Below, piece after piece: positions 1-9,515 of a stretch of 55,332 bases of DNA (its first letter is position 1; every line of letters begins with the position of its first letter). The notes beneath the pieces are model-generated. The model did no database searches, was not told where the DNA came from, and saw only the letters and a list, made by a program, of their open reading frames with translations. This stretch comes from an uncultured Chroococcidiopsis sp. (lineage in GTDB: Bacteria > Cyanobacteriota > Cyanobacteriia > Cyanobacteriales > Chroococcidiopsidaceae), in NCBI GenBank assembly GCA_964248365.1, contig CAXTYC010000035.1:1-55332 (forward strand), given 5' to 3'. Position numbers and translations under genes: made by a program.

Positions 1-89
1 CTGGTTTCCGCCCTCGGTGGATACCTTGAGAGGGAGCAAGGGGAGCTAGGGGGAGATGGACAAGATGGGGAGAGGGAAAAAGGGGGAGA

Positions 90-467
90 GTGGGAGAAAT
101 TACCTTTACCCTTCTCCCCTCTATAATTTCTGACAGTGCAAGTGTAGAACGCATTGTGGCAGAACTTTTGAATAACGCTTGTAAGTACACCCCACCCCAC
201 GAACACATCACACTCATAGCAAGGGCTAACAAGGAGAAAATACAGTTAAAGGTGTGCAATTCTGGAGTTGAAATTCCACAACAGGAACTAAAACGTATTT
301 TTGACAAGTTCTACCGCCTTCCTAGTCACGATCCCTGGAAGCAAGGCGGGACTGGGTTAGGACTAGCACTGGTACAGAAATTGAGCGAACAGTTAGGCGG
401 CGGTATCCAAGCTGAAAGTAGCAAAGGTAAAACCTGTTTTACTATTGAGTTACCCCTCCAAATGTAG
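90..467 (+). CDS. Histidine kinase HATPase_c domain only (C-terminal part of a sensor kinase; possibly disrupted)
   Basis: N box ELLNNACKYT, G1/F box NSGVEIP..IFDKFYR, G2 box GGTGLGL. No HisKA domain. In-frame TGA at 27-29 upstream of a purine-rich repeat tract; window edge limits interpretation. Confidence 0.7.
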   Translation: MGEITFTLLPSIISDSASVERIVAELLNNACKYTPPHEHITLIARANKEKIQLKVCNSGVEIPQQELKRIFDKFYRLPSHDPWKQGGTGLGLALVQKLSEQLGGGIQAESSKGKTCFTIELPLQM

Positions 468-504
468 GCTGGCTGGGTTCGAAGAGAACGAGTTTTAAGA
501 ATTG

Positions 505-1009
505 TGATTAAAAAAGAGGATATGGGTTGAATTGCCTCTCGTTTTCTGATAAGCTTACTTCATAATGGAAATCTGTGCAATTTTTAAAAATTTAATAATA
601 TTTTCATTATAAAGTAATACAATTATACAACAAAATTGATTTTTGCACCTAGGCTAAAATAAAAAAATTTTTGATAAATCCCAAATATTTTATTTCCAGA
701 AAAAAAGGCAAGATCTAAGTATGCCACCCATGCCTACCAAATAAAAATAACCAGGGAAAAATTTTGATTAAAAAAGAGGAATTGCCCACTAGATAAAAAA
801 CAAACTAGGGAAATTTGATTAAAAACAGCAAATGAGTTGAAATGCACCTCGTTTTCTGATAAGCTTACTTCATAATAGAGATATATATAAAATTTTTATA
901 TTTTAAAATATTACGATTATTAAGTAAAATAATCATAGAACGAAACTGATTGGACGCGCTAACTTAAACCTGAAAATTTTTTGATAAATGCCAAATATTT
1001 CGTTTCTGG
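505..1009. repeat. Two diverged ~195-bp direct repeats (505-699, 816-1009) with a partial third left end (~765-780)
   Basis: Identical 29-mer CTCGTTTTCTGATAAGCTTACTTCATAAT at 538-566 and 848-876. Colinear similarity continues to TTTTTGATAAATsCCAAATATTT at offset 310. Confidence 0.85.
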
Positions 1010-1015
1010 GCGTTC

Positions 1016-1044
1016 CTCGTTCCCAGGTTAAGCCTGGAAACGAG
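1016..1044. repeat. REP-like hairpin downstream of menF
   Basis: CTCGTTCCCAGG-ttaag-CCTGGAAACGAG inverted repeat; a related degenerate copy lies near 19276-19304. Confidence 0.6.
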
Positions 1045-1061
1045 AAGAGAGAGGAAAATAT

Positions 1062-2474
1062 TTAAACCAATGCTTTGAGGAGTGCTTGCAATTTCAATTG
1101 GACTTCGGCAAGTTCTTGCTCTGGATCGGAACCTGCGACGATCCCAGCACCAGCGTAAAGCCTAGCGCGATCGCCATCGATTAAAGCTGAACGAATTCCG
1201 ACAATAAACTCACTATTACCTTTATGGTTCACCCAACCCAAGGGTGCTGCATACAACCCTCTTTCAAATTTTTCGTAGTAACGGATCTTATCACAGGCGA
1301 TATTTCTCCCATTCCCCGCTACTGCTGGCGTTGGATGCAGTGCAGCGACAATTTTCAACGGATGGACGCAAACCGGAACTTTCGCTTGAATTGGTGTCCA
1401 TAAATGCTGAATATTTGCCAGTCGCCGTAAGCGGGGTAGCCCCAACTGGGGTATAATACCTAATTCATTTAAGCGATCGCTAATAAAATCAATTACAACT
1501 TGATGTTCGCGCCTTTCCTTTTCACTATGCAATAAACGATTAGCTAATTCGGTATCTAGGACGACAGTTTTACCGCGAGAAGTTGAACCTGCTAAAGCAT
1601 CTGTACTCAATTGTTGATCGTGGATACTAATTAAACGTTCTGGACTTGCACCGATAAAGTTTTGTCCTTTACCGTTACTTGTGGAAAAGACATAACAGCC
1701 AGGATGAAGATTACGCAGGTTATTTAAGCACCCAAATATGTTAAAAGTATTGCTGGCTTTAACATCGATCGCGTGTGCAAGTACAATCTTATTTAGATGA
1801 TTCGCTTTGATTAATTTTGAGGAATCAAGAACAGATTGTTTAAAGTGATCGGTACTCGTTACATCTTCTTTAAACAATTTTTGGCTTAAATGAGGAAATT
1901 CAGGTAAGTATTTTGCTGAAAATGTAATAAATTGAATGTCTTGTAATAGTTGCCCAACAACTTTTGCCAAATTTGTTTCCAATGTGATAGATAAATTAGC
2001 AACTAAACAAGTGCGATCGCCCATGCGGGCAATTTGCCAACGCGGCAGAAAAATTTGAGCTGCTGGAAATGGATAAAGGGGCTGGGCAATTTGATCAAAA
2101 AAGCTAAAACTACAAAAAAAGTGTGGCCCCGCCAAAGGATGGATAATTGTGCTAAAAAGGCTAGTATAATCGAGACAAGATTTGATAAAAGTTTGGGCAA
2201 TATCAAAGCGGTTATTGCCAGCTATTTTTACTTGTGCTACTGCATCAATAGCGGCGATCGCCACACCTCGTTCTTTGTTCTCAAAGTAAAAAGACAGTTG
2301 ATTTGGCTGGGCAATTCTCTCCAGTACAGCCAGCGGATCAATCGGTTCAATTTCCAAAGAAATACTAACAAGTTGTGTGCAGTTGTTGTAACAATTTTGT
2401 TGCGAAGCTAAAAGAAATTGATATAGCTTCTGGGTGTCTATTGAGACATTATAACGGCGAGGTAGGACTTGCAT
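1062..2474 (-). CDS. menF: Isochorismate synthase
   Basis: Chorismate-binding motifs GASPERL, ALAGS, KERREH, LHPTPAV, RGLYAAPLG, YAGAGIVAGS; adjacent to menA/C/E. Confidence 0.95.
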   Translation of the reverse strand: MQVLPRRYNVSIDTQKLYQFLLASQQNCYNNCTQLVSISLEIEPIDPLAVLERIAQPNQLSFYFENKERGVAIAAIDAVAQVKIAGNNRFDIAQTFIKSCLDYTSLFSTIIHPLAGPHFFCSFSFFDQIAQPLYPFPAAQIFLPRWQIARMGDRTCLVANLSITLETNLAKVVGQLLQDIQFITFSAKYLPEFPHLSQKLFKEDVTSTDHFKQSVLDSSKLIKANHLNKIVLAHAIDVKASNTFNIFGCLNNLRNLHPGCYVFSTSNGKGQNFIGASPERLISIHDQQLSTDALAGSTSRGKTVVLDTELANRLLHSEKERREHQVVIDFISDRLNELGIIPQLGLPRLRRLANIQHLWTPIQAKVPVCVHPLKIVAALHPTPAVAGNGRNIACDKIRYYEKFERGLYAAPLGWVNHKGNSEFIVGIRSALIDGDRARLYAGAGIVAGSDPEQELAEVQLKLQALLKALV

Positions 2475-2821
2475 GAAGTAGGAAATAGTAAATTTTTTTA
2501 AACTTCTGTTCCTAAAGATTATTGAATCATGATGGTATTTCTAGAGGTAAGATATTCACCTTGAGATTAACCATCCTGGTGTCTGTCCCTTTGGTTGGGT
2601 TGTTACCCTCACCGAGTGCTTGCCTCGTATGGTGGCTATTGCCAGTACAGAAGAGCAGCAAGGGGCTGACGTTCTGATCCTACAAAACAATGGCAGTGAT
2701 GAACGTACATTTTTACCAATTTCGCTGGCACTGTGCCGATCGCAAGAGGCGACAGAAGTGCTATGAACCTCCTGTGGGTTTACAAAACTTAAATTGGAAT
2801 TCTTTCAATTAATTACATCCA

Positions 2822-3736
2822 ATGACAACAAAGCTAGTTTCATACCCAAACTCGAATCCGAAATCTAAGTTGTGGATGGCGGCGATCAAACCGCCGATGT
2901 ACAGCGTTGCCATTATCCCAATCTGGGTAGGAAGTGCTGTCGCTTTTGCCGAAACTAAAATTTGGCAAGGAGGAATATTTTCTACTTTTATCACAGCTGC
3001 AATTTGTATTGTTGCTTGGAGTAATATTAGCAACGATGTGTTTGATTCGGAGACTGGGATTGACAAAAATAAAGAACATTCTTTAGTGAATTTGACTGGA
3101 AATAAACCTTTGATTTTCTGGATGGGAAATCTATTTTTAGCAGTGGGTTTGCTGGGGATACTAGCGATCGCCTGGTGGCAAAAAGACCTAACTGTAATTG
3201 GGATTATTCTACTTTGCTGCGCGCTTGGCTACTTATACCAAGGACCACCCTTTCGTTTAGGCTACCAGGGTTTGGGGGAAATTCTTTGCTTTATTGCCTA
3301 TGGTCCATTGGCAGTGTCAGCAGCTTACTATAGTCAAACCCAAACTTGGTCTTGGACTAACATATCCGCTTCAATTATTGTGGGAATCGTCACCAGCTTA
3401 ATTTTGTTTTGTTCTCATTTTCACCAGGTAAAAGACGACTTAGCAGCAGGGAAGCGATCGCCCATCGTTCGTCTGGGTACAGCCTTATCTGCCCAACTAT
3501 TACCCCCGTTTGGTGGCAGCATTTATGCCTTAATCGGTTTATTTGTGATTTTGGGAATTTTCCCCGTCTCGACTTTACTCACTTTTCTAAGTTTACCGTT
3601 TGCCCTCAAGTTGTTCCGGCACGTACAGCAATATCATAATCAACCGGAAAAAGTCAGTAATTCCAAGTTCATCGCCGTAGCTATGCATTTTTGCAGTGGA
3701 ATGTTTTTAGGATTGGGATTTTTGTTAGGTAGCTAG
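2822..3736 (+). CDS. menA: 2-carboxy-1,4-naphthoquinone phytyltransferase (UbiA family)
   Basis: AAIKPPMYSVA, NDVFDSETGID, YQGPPFRLGY, HFHQVKDD; multi-pass membrane protein. Confidence 0.95.
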   Translation: MTTKLVSYPNSNPKSKLWMAAIKPPMYSVAIIPIWVGSAVAFAETKIWQGGIFSTFITAAICIVAWSNISNDVFDSETGIDKNKEHSLVNLTGNKPLIFWMGNLFLAVGLLGILAIAWWQKDLTVIGIILLCCALGYLYQGPPFRLGYQGLGEILCFIAYGPLAVSAAYYSQTQTWSWTNISASIIVGIVTSLILFCSHFHQVKDDLAAGKRSPIVRLGTALSAQLLPPFGGSIYALIGLFVILGIFPVSTLLTFLSLPFALKLFRHVQQYHNQPEKVSNSKFIAVAMHFCSGMFLGLGFLLGS

Positions 3737-3864
3737 CAGCTAGGGGCTAGGGGCTAGAGGAAAGCTGGGGTATCTGAGGGATCTGAGGGTTTAGTTGCTA
3801 CCATATCCCTGCTTTCAAGTCAAGAAATTTGAATGCACTTTCTCCCTTTTGCCTCCTTTTGCCC

Positions 3865-3903
3865 TCTTCTAGCCTCTAGCCTCTAGCCTCTAGCCTCTAG
3901 CCC
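3865..3903. repeat. Heptamer short tandem repeat (CCTCTAG)n, representative of many STRR-like tracts in the window
   Basis: Direct 7-nt repeats. Similar tracts: GGGGCTT ~13408-13438, CTTCATA ~39925-39975, GGTAACT ~39315-39348, CCCCTAG ~33075-33100, GATAATT ~43120-43146. Confidence 0.9.
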
Positions 3904-3913
3904 CATTGATGTA

Positions 3914-4957
3914 GTGCAGTATCGATTCAGTTTTCGTCCTTATCGGCGGCGGTTTCAACCACCCTTACAAACCAATCATGGCAGTTGGGAGGTGCGCGAT
4001 GGTATTATTATCCGTCTTGCCAATGAAACAGGTATTGGCGCTGGTGAAATTGCCCCCATTACCTGGTTTGGTTCTGAAACCATAGAACAAGCCTTGGATT
4101 TTTGCCGCCAGCTACCTGGTGAAATCACACAGGAGACGATTTTCTCAATTCCCAATGAATTACCCGCCTGTCAGTTTGGTTTTGAATCCGCATGGGAAGA
4201 TTTTGTAGCAGGAGGGCAGGGGAGAGGGGGAGAGGGGGAGAGGGGCAAAAGGGGAAAAGGGGAGAATAAACAATCCCTTATCCAAAATCCCTTATCCAAA
4301 ATCCTCTTGCCTCTCACCTACAGTGGCTTATTACCTGCTGGTAAGGCTGCATTACAAAGGTGGGAGAAATTATGGAATCAGGGATACCGTACTTTCAAAT
4401 GGAAAATCGGGGTTTACCCAATTGCCCACGAACTGGAGATTTTTGATTTACTCACCCAGACATTGCCAGCGTCAGCTCTTCTGCGATTGGATGCTAATGG
4501 GGGGCTTAGTTATGATGAGGCTTGTTTATGGCTTGACAGATGCGATCGCCTGAGGGCAAATAATAAATTACTCGTTGAAATTGAATTTATCGAACAACCG
4601 CTAAGTCTAGAGCAATTTACCCAGATGCAGGAATTAAGTTATTCTTATGCTACTGCGATCGCTTTAGATGAATCTGTTGCTACTCTCCCTCAAATCGAAG
4701 CTTGTTATCAGCAGGGGTGGCGGGGAATTTTTGTGATTAAACCCTGCATAGCGGGTTCTCCTAAACGTTTGCGGCAGTTTTGTCAAGCACACAAAATAGA
4801 TGTTGTATTTTCATCTGTCTTTGAAATGGCTGTTGGTAGACAAGCTGCACTGAAGCTAGCAGTTGAATTATCCAACAACAATCGTGCTGTCGGTTTTGGT
4901 ATAAATCATTGGTTTGAAGATGAGCTTCCCCCGCTAGAACAGTTATGGAACCATTAG
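3914..4957 (+). CDS. menC: o-succinylbenzoate synthase
   Basis: Enolase-superfamily motifs TFKWKIG, LRLDANGG, FIEQP, IALDES; contains an in-frame repeat-derived insert. Confidence 0.93.
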   Translation: MQYRFSFRPYRRRFQPPLQTNHGSWEVRDGIIIRLANETGIGAGEIAPITWFGSETIEQALDFCRQLPGEITQETIFSIPNELPACQFGFESAWEDFVAGGQGRGGEGERGKRGKGENKQSLIQNPLSKILLPLTYSGLLPAGKAALQRWEKLWNQGYRTFKWKIGVYPIAHELEIFDLLTQTLPASALLRLDANGGLSYDEACLWLDRCDRLRANNKLLVEIEFIEQPLSLEQFTQMQELSYSYATAIALDESVATLPQIEACYQQGWRGIFVIKPCIAGSPKRLRQFCQAHKIDVVFSSVFEMAVGRQAALKLAVELSNNNRAVGFGINHWFEDELPPLEQLWNH

Positions 4958-6468
4958 ATTATCTCAAAAAGGCTAATAATGATTGGCTCATCTGTCATGA
5001 TAGTCACAAATTTAGCTCTTTAGCTGAACAATTATATTTAGAATTAATTCAGTTAGTAGAGCAGGGCATACCGCCAAAAATCATTTTGGCACAAAGCAAT
5101 TGGGTACATTTTTTAGCTGGTTTTATCGCCGCTTGTGCTGCTGGTTGTCCAGTATTTCTTTGTAATACCAACTGGGTAAAACAGGAATGGCAACAAGTTT
5201 TTGATCTCGTGCAACCAGACATAATTTGGAGTGATTGCCCACAAATTAAGCAGCAAGAGGGAGTTGGGGGGCAGAGTTGCCCCCCAGCAGAGTTGCCCCC
5301 CAGCAGAGGAGAAAACCCAATCCAAAATCTAAAATCTAAAATCCAAAATCGAATCATGATTCCTACTGGCGGTTCATCAGGTAAAATTCGATTTGCGATC
5401 CACACATGGGAAACTTTGATCGCATCTGTACAAGGTTTTCAGCAATATTTTCAAATACAACAAGTAAATTCATTTTGTGTGTTACCGCTTTATCATGTTA
5501 GCGGTTTGATGCAATTTCTCCGTTCCTTTACCACTAATGGTAAGTTGATAAATTTGCCTTTTAAATCTGTAGAAAGCGAAATATCCGATATCAATCCAAC
5601 GGGATTTTTCATATCTTTAGTACCAACTCAGCTACAACGTCTCCTACAAAACCCAACGTCAGCTAATTGGCTATCTCAATTTAAAACTGTATTATTAGGA
5701 GGTGCGCCAGCTTGGCAGGAACTGCTAGAACAGGCTAGAAATTACGGCATTCGGTTAGCACCAACCTACGGTATGACAGAAACTGCTTCACAGATTGTCA
5801 CTCTTAAACCAGAAGATTTTCTCGACGGCTATAACAACTGTGGTAAGGTTTTACCTCATGCCAAAGTAAATATTCTAAGTTCGACAAATCAAATATTAGG
5901 GACAAATCAAACAGGAGTTGTGGCTATTGAGGCGAAATCCCTTGCATTGGGTTATTATCCAAATTTATTTACACAAGAGCAATTTAAATTAGACGACTTG
6001 GGATTTTTTGATGAGAAAGGTTATTTAAATATTATCGGTCGCAACAGTAATAAAATTATTACTGGTGGGGAAAATGTATATCCAGATGAAGTAGAAGCAG
6101 CTATTAGAGCTACAAATTTAGTAGATGATGTATGTGTGATTGGTATGAGCGATCGCACATGGGGACAAGCGGTAACAGCAATATATGTTCCCAATCATAA
6201 ACAGGTGACGTTGGCTGAAATGAGGGTTGCGATCGCAGACAAGTTAACTTCTTTCAAACAACCTAAACATTGGATACCCGTAGATAATTTACCCCGCAAT
6301 TCTCAGGGTAAAATCAACCGTGAACAGGTGCAGGAAATCGCTATTTTGAGTATAAGTGATAGCTCTCAAACTCAGGAAACTCCGAAAGGGCTAAATCCAA
6401 TGCTGAAATTGCCTTATGGCTTGAAAATAAAGCCTGATAAAAAAGCTGGAAAAAACTTCCTAAGTTAG
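4945..6468 (+). CDS. menE: o-succinylbenzoate--CoA ligase
   Basis: AMP-binding motifs PTGGSSG, LPLYHVSG, TYGMTETASQ, IITGGENVYP, LPRNSQGK. C-terminal tail overlaps the convergent gene. Confidence 0.93.
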   Translation: MEPLDYLKKANNDWLICHDSHKFSSLAEQLYLELIQLVEQGIPPKIILAQSNWVHFLAGFIAACAAGCPVFLCNTNWVKQEWQQVFDLVQPDIIWSDCPQIKQQEGVGGQSCPPAELPPSRGENPIQNLKSKIQNRIMIPTGGSSGKIRFAIHTWETLIASVQGFQQYFQIQQVNSFCVLPLYHVSGLMQFLRSFTTNGKLINLPFKSVESEISDINPTGFFISLVPTQLQRLLQNPTSANWLSQFKTVLLGGAPAWQELLEQARNYGIRLAPTYGMTETASQIVTLKPEDFLDGYNNCGKVLPHAKVNILSSTNQILGTNQTGVVAIEAKSLALGYYPNLFTQEQFKLDDLGFFDEKGYLNIIGRNSNKIITGGENVYPDEVEAAIRATNLVDDVCVIGMSDRTWGQAVTAIYVPNHKQVTLAEMRVAIADKLTSFKQPKHWIPVDNLPRNSQGKINREQVQEIAILSISDSSQTQETPKGLNPMLKLPYGLKIKPDKKAGKNFLS

Positions 6469-6895
6469 CCCAAGGAACTGGTTTGTTAGGTGCGATTAAG
6501 CCCATTGCACCAGATGCCAAGAAAGAAGAGGCAAGTTTTGACGTGCAAGCACTGCTAACTACTAGTTTTCCGTCCCACTGGGCGATCGTTCTGATGTCAG
6601 AGTCTGTTAATAATTCTACTGGAACACGACTGCTAATATTCTCAGCATTAGACCACCTTAGAACAAAGCTATCATAGTTTCCATGCATAGCAAGATGAAC
6701 TATTTCGATGCCTGGTTTTTTCAAACACTGTTTGACAATCTCTTTATTTAGAACTATTTTTTCTGACCACATGCCATCATTACTATAAAGTTCGTAATCT
6801 ATACCATGTTTTGTAAAAAAAGGTGAGAGAATTAATGCTTATGTCTTTTTCCTAATCTCAGGACTTCTACAACCTTCGAGAATAACAACCTTCAT
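6341..6895 (-). pseudogene. CHAT (caspase-like HetF-type) domain protein with a premature stop at codon 19
   Basis: ATG at 6895 reads MKVVILEGCRSPEIRKKT*(TAA 6841-6839)ALILSPFFTKHGIDYELYSNDG, in frame into the 6772 ORF. VHLAMHG and VVSSAC resemble the CHAT His/Cys dyad motifs. Confidence 0.65.
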
Positions 6896-6905
6896 AATTG
6901 CTTAA

Positions 6906-6996
6906 CGGGACTTAAACAGAGGGTTTATTTTGACGTGGAAGCTAGGCTAAATCTGTATTATACTCTTTTTACACCTTTCGTTTTGTTTAAGTCCCG
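6906..6996. mobile_element. Short MITE-like element with 13-bp terminal inverted repeats
   Basis: CGGGACTTAAACA (6906-6918) and TGTTTAAGTCCCG (6984-6996). Confidence 0.55.
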
Positions 6997-7232
6997 CTAT
7001 CTGATATTTGGAAACTTTAACGATCGGCGATTTGCAGTTGACCATTGGTACAGGTTCACTCCTCAATGGTTACATTAGAAGAAATATTGCTTGTAGCTGC
7101 TCCCAATATTGATAATACCCAATGGCAATATTATGCCATTGGGTTGATTGCATAAATTAGCGACGGGGAGAAATGCGTAATATTTAGCAGTCAAAAAAGC
7201 TAACCACGTTCTCGCAACCGCCTCAAAATGCC

Positions 7233-7364
7233 TTAATCTTCGTGATCTTCAAACGGATCGCTCAATTCTTTGGAAGGAGGACCGAAAGACGTGTATATTG
7301 CCAAACCAGCGATTCCAATCACGATTGCAGCTAGAGAAATGCTAAGAACTGTTGCGGGTTCCAT
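7233..7364 (-). CDS. psbN: Photosystem II assembly protein PsbN (43 aa; not in the ORF track)
   Basis: Translates MEPATVLSISLAAIVIGIAGLAIYTSFGPPSKELSDPFEDHED; divergent from psbH. Confidence 0.95.
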   Translation of the reverse strand: MEPATVLSISLAAIVIGIAGLAIYTSFGPPSKELSDPFEDHED

Positions 7365-7449
7365 TGGTAAAATAGATTTATGAGTGCTATTCCTAATACA
7401 ATATTACAGAACATTAAAAAATGCTTTCCTAATTCATAATAGGTGACTC

Positions 7450-7659
7450 ATGGCACAACGGACTTGGTTGGGAGATAGACTTAGACCCCTCAACTCGGAG
7501 TATGGTAAAGTTGCTCCAGGTTGGGGAACCACACCTGTGATGGCTGTCTTTATACTGCTATTTTTCGTCTTTTTACTGATTATTCTCCAAATCTACAACT
7601 CCTCACTGTTGTTTGAGAGAGTAGACATTACACCTGATTGGAAGAGCTTGGGCGGCTAA
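7450..7659 (+). CDS. psbH: Photosystem II protein PsbH
   Basis: [21 protein letters not shown]. Confidence 0.97.
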   Translation: MAQRTWLGDRLRPLNSEYGKVAPGWGTTPVMAVFILLFFVFLLIILQIYNSSLLFERVDITPDWKSLGG

Positions 7660-7703
7660 GTAGAACAAAACTAAAAAGTTTTAACAATATTTAACTTAAA
7701 ACT

Positions 7704-7729
7704 AACCCAGAACCATTCTGGGTTTTTTT
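7704..7729 (+). terminator. Intrinsic terminator after psbH
   Basis: AACCCAGAA-cca-TTCTGGGTT followed by a T run. Confidence 0.75.
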
Positions 7730-7902
7730 AATTGGTAACTGGTAATCGGTAGTTGGTAGTTGGTAGAGACGAGCCTTGCTACGTCTGTACTCGTAGTTGG
7801 TAACTGGTATTTCCCCTTTTCCCTTTTTAGTTCTCCCATTACCCTGTAGAAGAGCCTTATACTAAAACAGGGGATCTGATAAACTTTGCAGGAGGACTTG
7901 CA

Positions 7903-8169
7903 GTGAACGTCTTTGGTATTGGTTTGCCAGAAATGGGATTGATTATGATAGTGGCACTATTAATCTTTGGTCCCAAAAAGCTGCCTGAAATTGGTCGTAG
8001 CTTAGGTAAAGCAATTCGCGGTTTTCAGGAAGCTTCTAAAGAGTTTGAGTCAGAGTTTAAGCGGGAAGCAGAACAGATAGAGCAAGCTGTGCAGACGACT
8101 GCCTCACTTGAACCAAAGCAAATAGCAGCAGCTAAATCTGAAAATCAACCGTCTTCATCGCAGCATTAA
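7903..8169 (+). CDS. tatA: Twin-arginine translocase TatA/E subunit
   Basis: IFGPKKLPEIGRSLGKAIRGF. Confidence 0.95.
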   Translation: MNVFGIGLPEMGLIMIVALLIFGPKKLPEIGRSLGKAIRGFQEASKEFESEFKREAEQIEQAVQTTASLEPKQIAAAKSENQPSSSQH

Positions 8170-8246
8170 ATAATAGAGTGTTATTGTTTCGAGGCGAACT
8201 GTTTGCCATAGGTATCGCTCTAGACGTATTGTGATTTCAAGCCATA

Positions 8247-8903
8247 ATGACAGAAGTTGTACAAAATTTAGTGATTCCTCAGCTAATTGTGGGGTTGGGA
8301 AATCCCGAACAGAAGTACGAGCAAACCCGACACAATATTGGCTTTGCTGCTGTTGATGCTTTGGCTCGTTCTTGGCAGATTCCCCTGTCTGAAAATCGTA
8401 AGTTTCAAGGAGCGTTTGGAGAAGGTAAGCCCAGTGCAGACAAAATTCGTCTGCTTAAGCCCTTGACTTATATGAATAACTCTGGTATGGCAATTCGAGC
8501 CGTAACAGATTGGTACAAGCTGCCACCCTCATCCCTTCTGGTGATATATGATGATATGGATTTACCTTTAGGTAAGATCCGTTTACGCTTGTCAGGATCA
8601 GCTGGGGGACACAATGGCATGAAAAGCGCGATCGCTCACCTTGGTACTCAAAATTTCCCCCGCTTGCGCCTTGGTATTGGCAAACCCCCTGGTGCAAATA
8701 TAAAAGACGATTCATCTACTGTTTCTTACGTCCTAGGTCGATTCTCCAGTGGGGAAAATCAGATCGTATCTGAGGTACTTCAACTCGTGGTTGAGGCGGT
8801 AGAACTGTCTATTAAGCAGGGAGTAGAAAAGGCAATGAATCACTACAACAATTGTAATATTTCAATAACCCTGGATAAAAAACAAGTCACAGCCAACCCC
8901 TGA
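8247..8903 (+). CDS. pth: Peptidyl-tRNA hydrolase
   Basis: LIVGLGNP, TRHNIGF, KPLTYMNNSG, SAGGHNG. Confidence 0.96.
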   Translation: MTEVVQNLVIPQLIVGLGNPEQKYEQTRHNIGFAAVDALARSWQIPLSENRKFQGAFGEGKPSADKIRLLKPLTYMNNSGMAIRAVTDWYKLPPSSLLVIYDDMDLPLGKIRLRLSGSAGGHNGMKSAIAHLGTQNFPRLRLGIGKPPGANIKDDSSTVSYVLGRFSSGENQIVSEVLQLVVEAVELSIKQGVEKAMNHYNNCNISITLDKKQVTANP

Positions 8904-9051
8904 GTCAAGAGCTTAGTATTCTCCTGCAATTATTAAAGTAAAAATAATTACGACTTACGCGCTTACAAATTACGAATTAATTAAGTGCTGCTGTTGCTTG
9001 CCTAATATATTCACAGTCAAGCAACGCAACCGAATATATATTTATCTCACT

Positions 9052-9231
9052 TTACCTCATACGCCGCTTACGTCGAGCTGCAACTGCCTTACGTTTGCGC
9101 TTTTCCTGGGGTGTTTCAAAGTGCCGATGATATTTTACATCTGCTAATATCCCTGCTTTAGAGACTTGACGTTTAAACCGACGTAGAGCTGAATCTATTC
9201 CTTCGTTTTCACCTAGAACCACTTGGGTCAT
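9052..9231 (-). CDS. rpsU: 30S ribosomal protein S21 (59 aa; not in the ORF track)
   Basis: Translates [59 protein letters not shown]. Confidence 0.95.
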   Translation of the reverse strand: MTQVVLGENEGIDSALRRFKRQVSKAGILADVKYHRHFETPQEKRKRKAVAARRKRRMR

Positions 9232-9515
9232 TCTGACTTTTTCCTCAACATCATCAATTTAATTGTAATGTCACCTGAAGTTTTGCACTTTAGTGACCAG
9301 CTACTTACACATCTATCAATAATCATGCCCTTTGTACTGTCGTTAGGGCAGTTTGACAAAGGTGTGCTACTAAGGTTAGCGACCCATGATTATAGCACAA
9401 TCCAGCCTAATATAGTAGGGAGTGGGGAGCAGGGGAGCAAAGGGGAGCAGGGGTGAAATTACGAATTATCTTTTCCCTTTTCCCTTTCCCCTTTCACCAA
9501 CTACCAATAGTTCCT

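Noticed and set aside
538..876. CRISPR repeat pair (29-nt identical sequence)
   Set aside because: Only two copies, 310 bp apart, and the flanks are themselves homologous.
2520..2810. Possible riboswitch or sRNA in the menF-menA divergent spacer
   Set aside because: Moderately GC-rich, but no recognisable motif or strong structure by eye.
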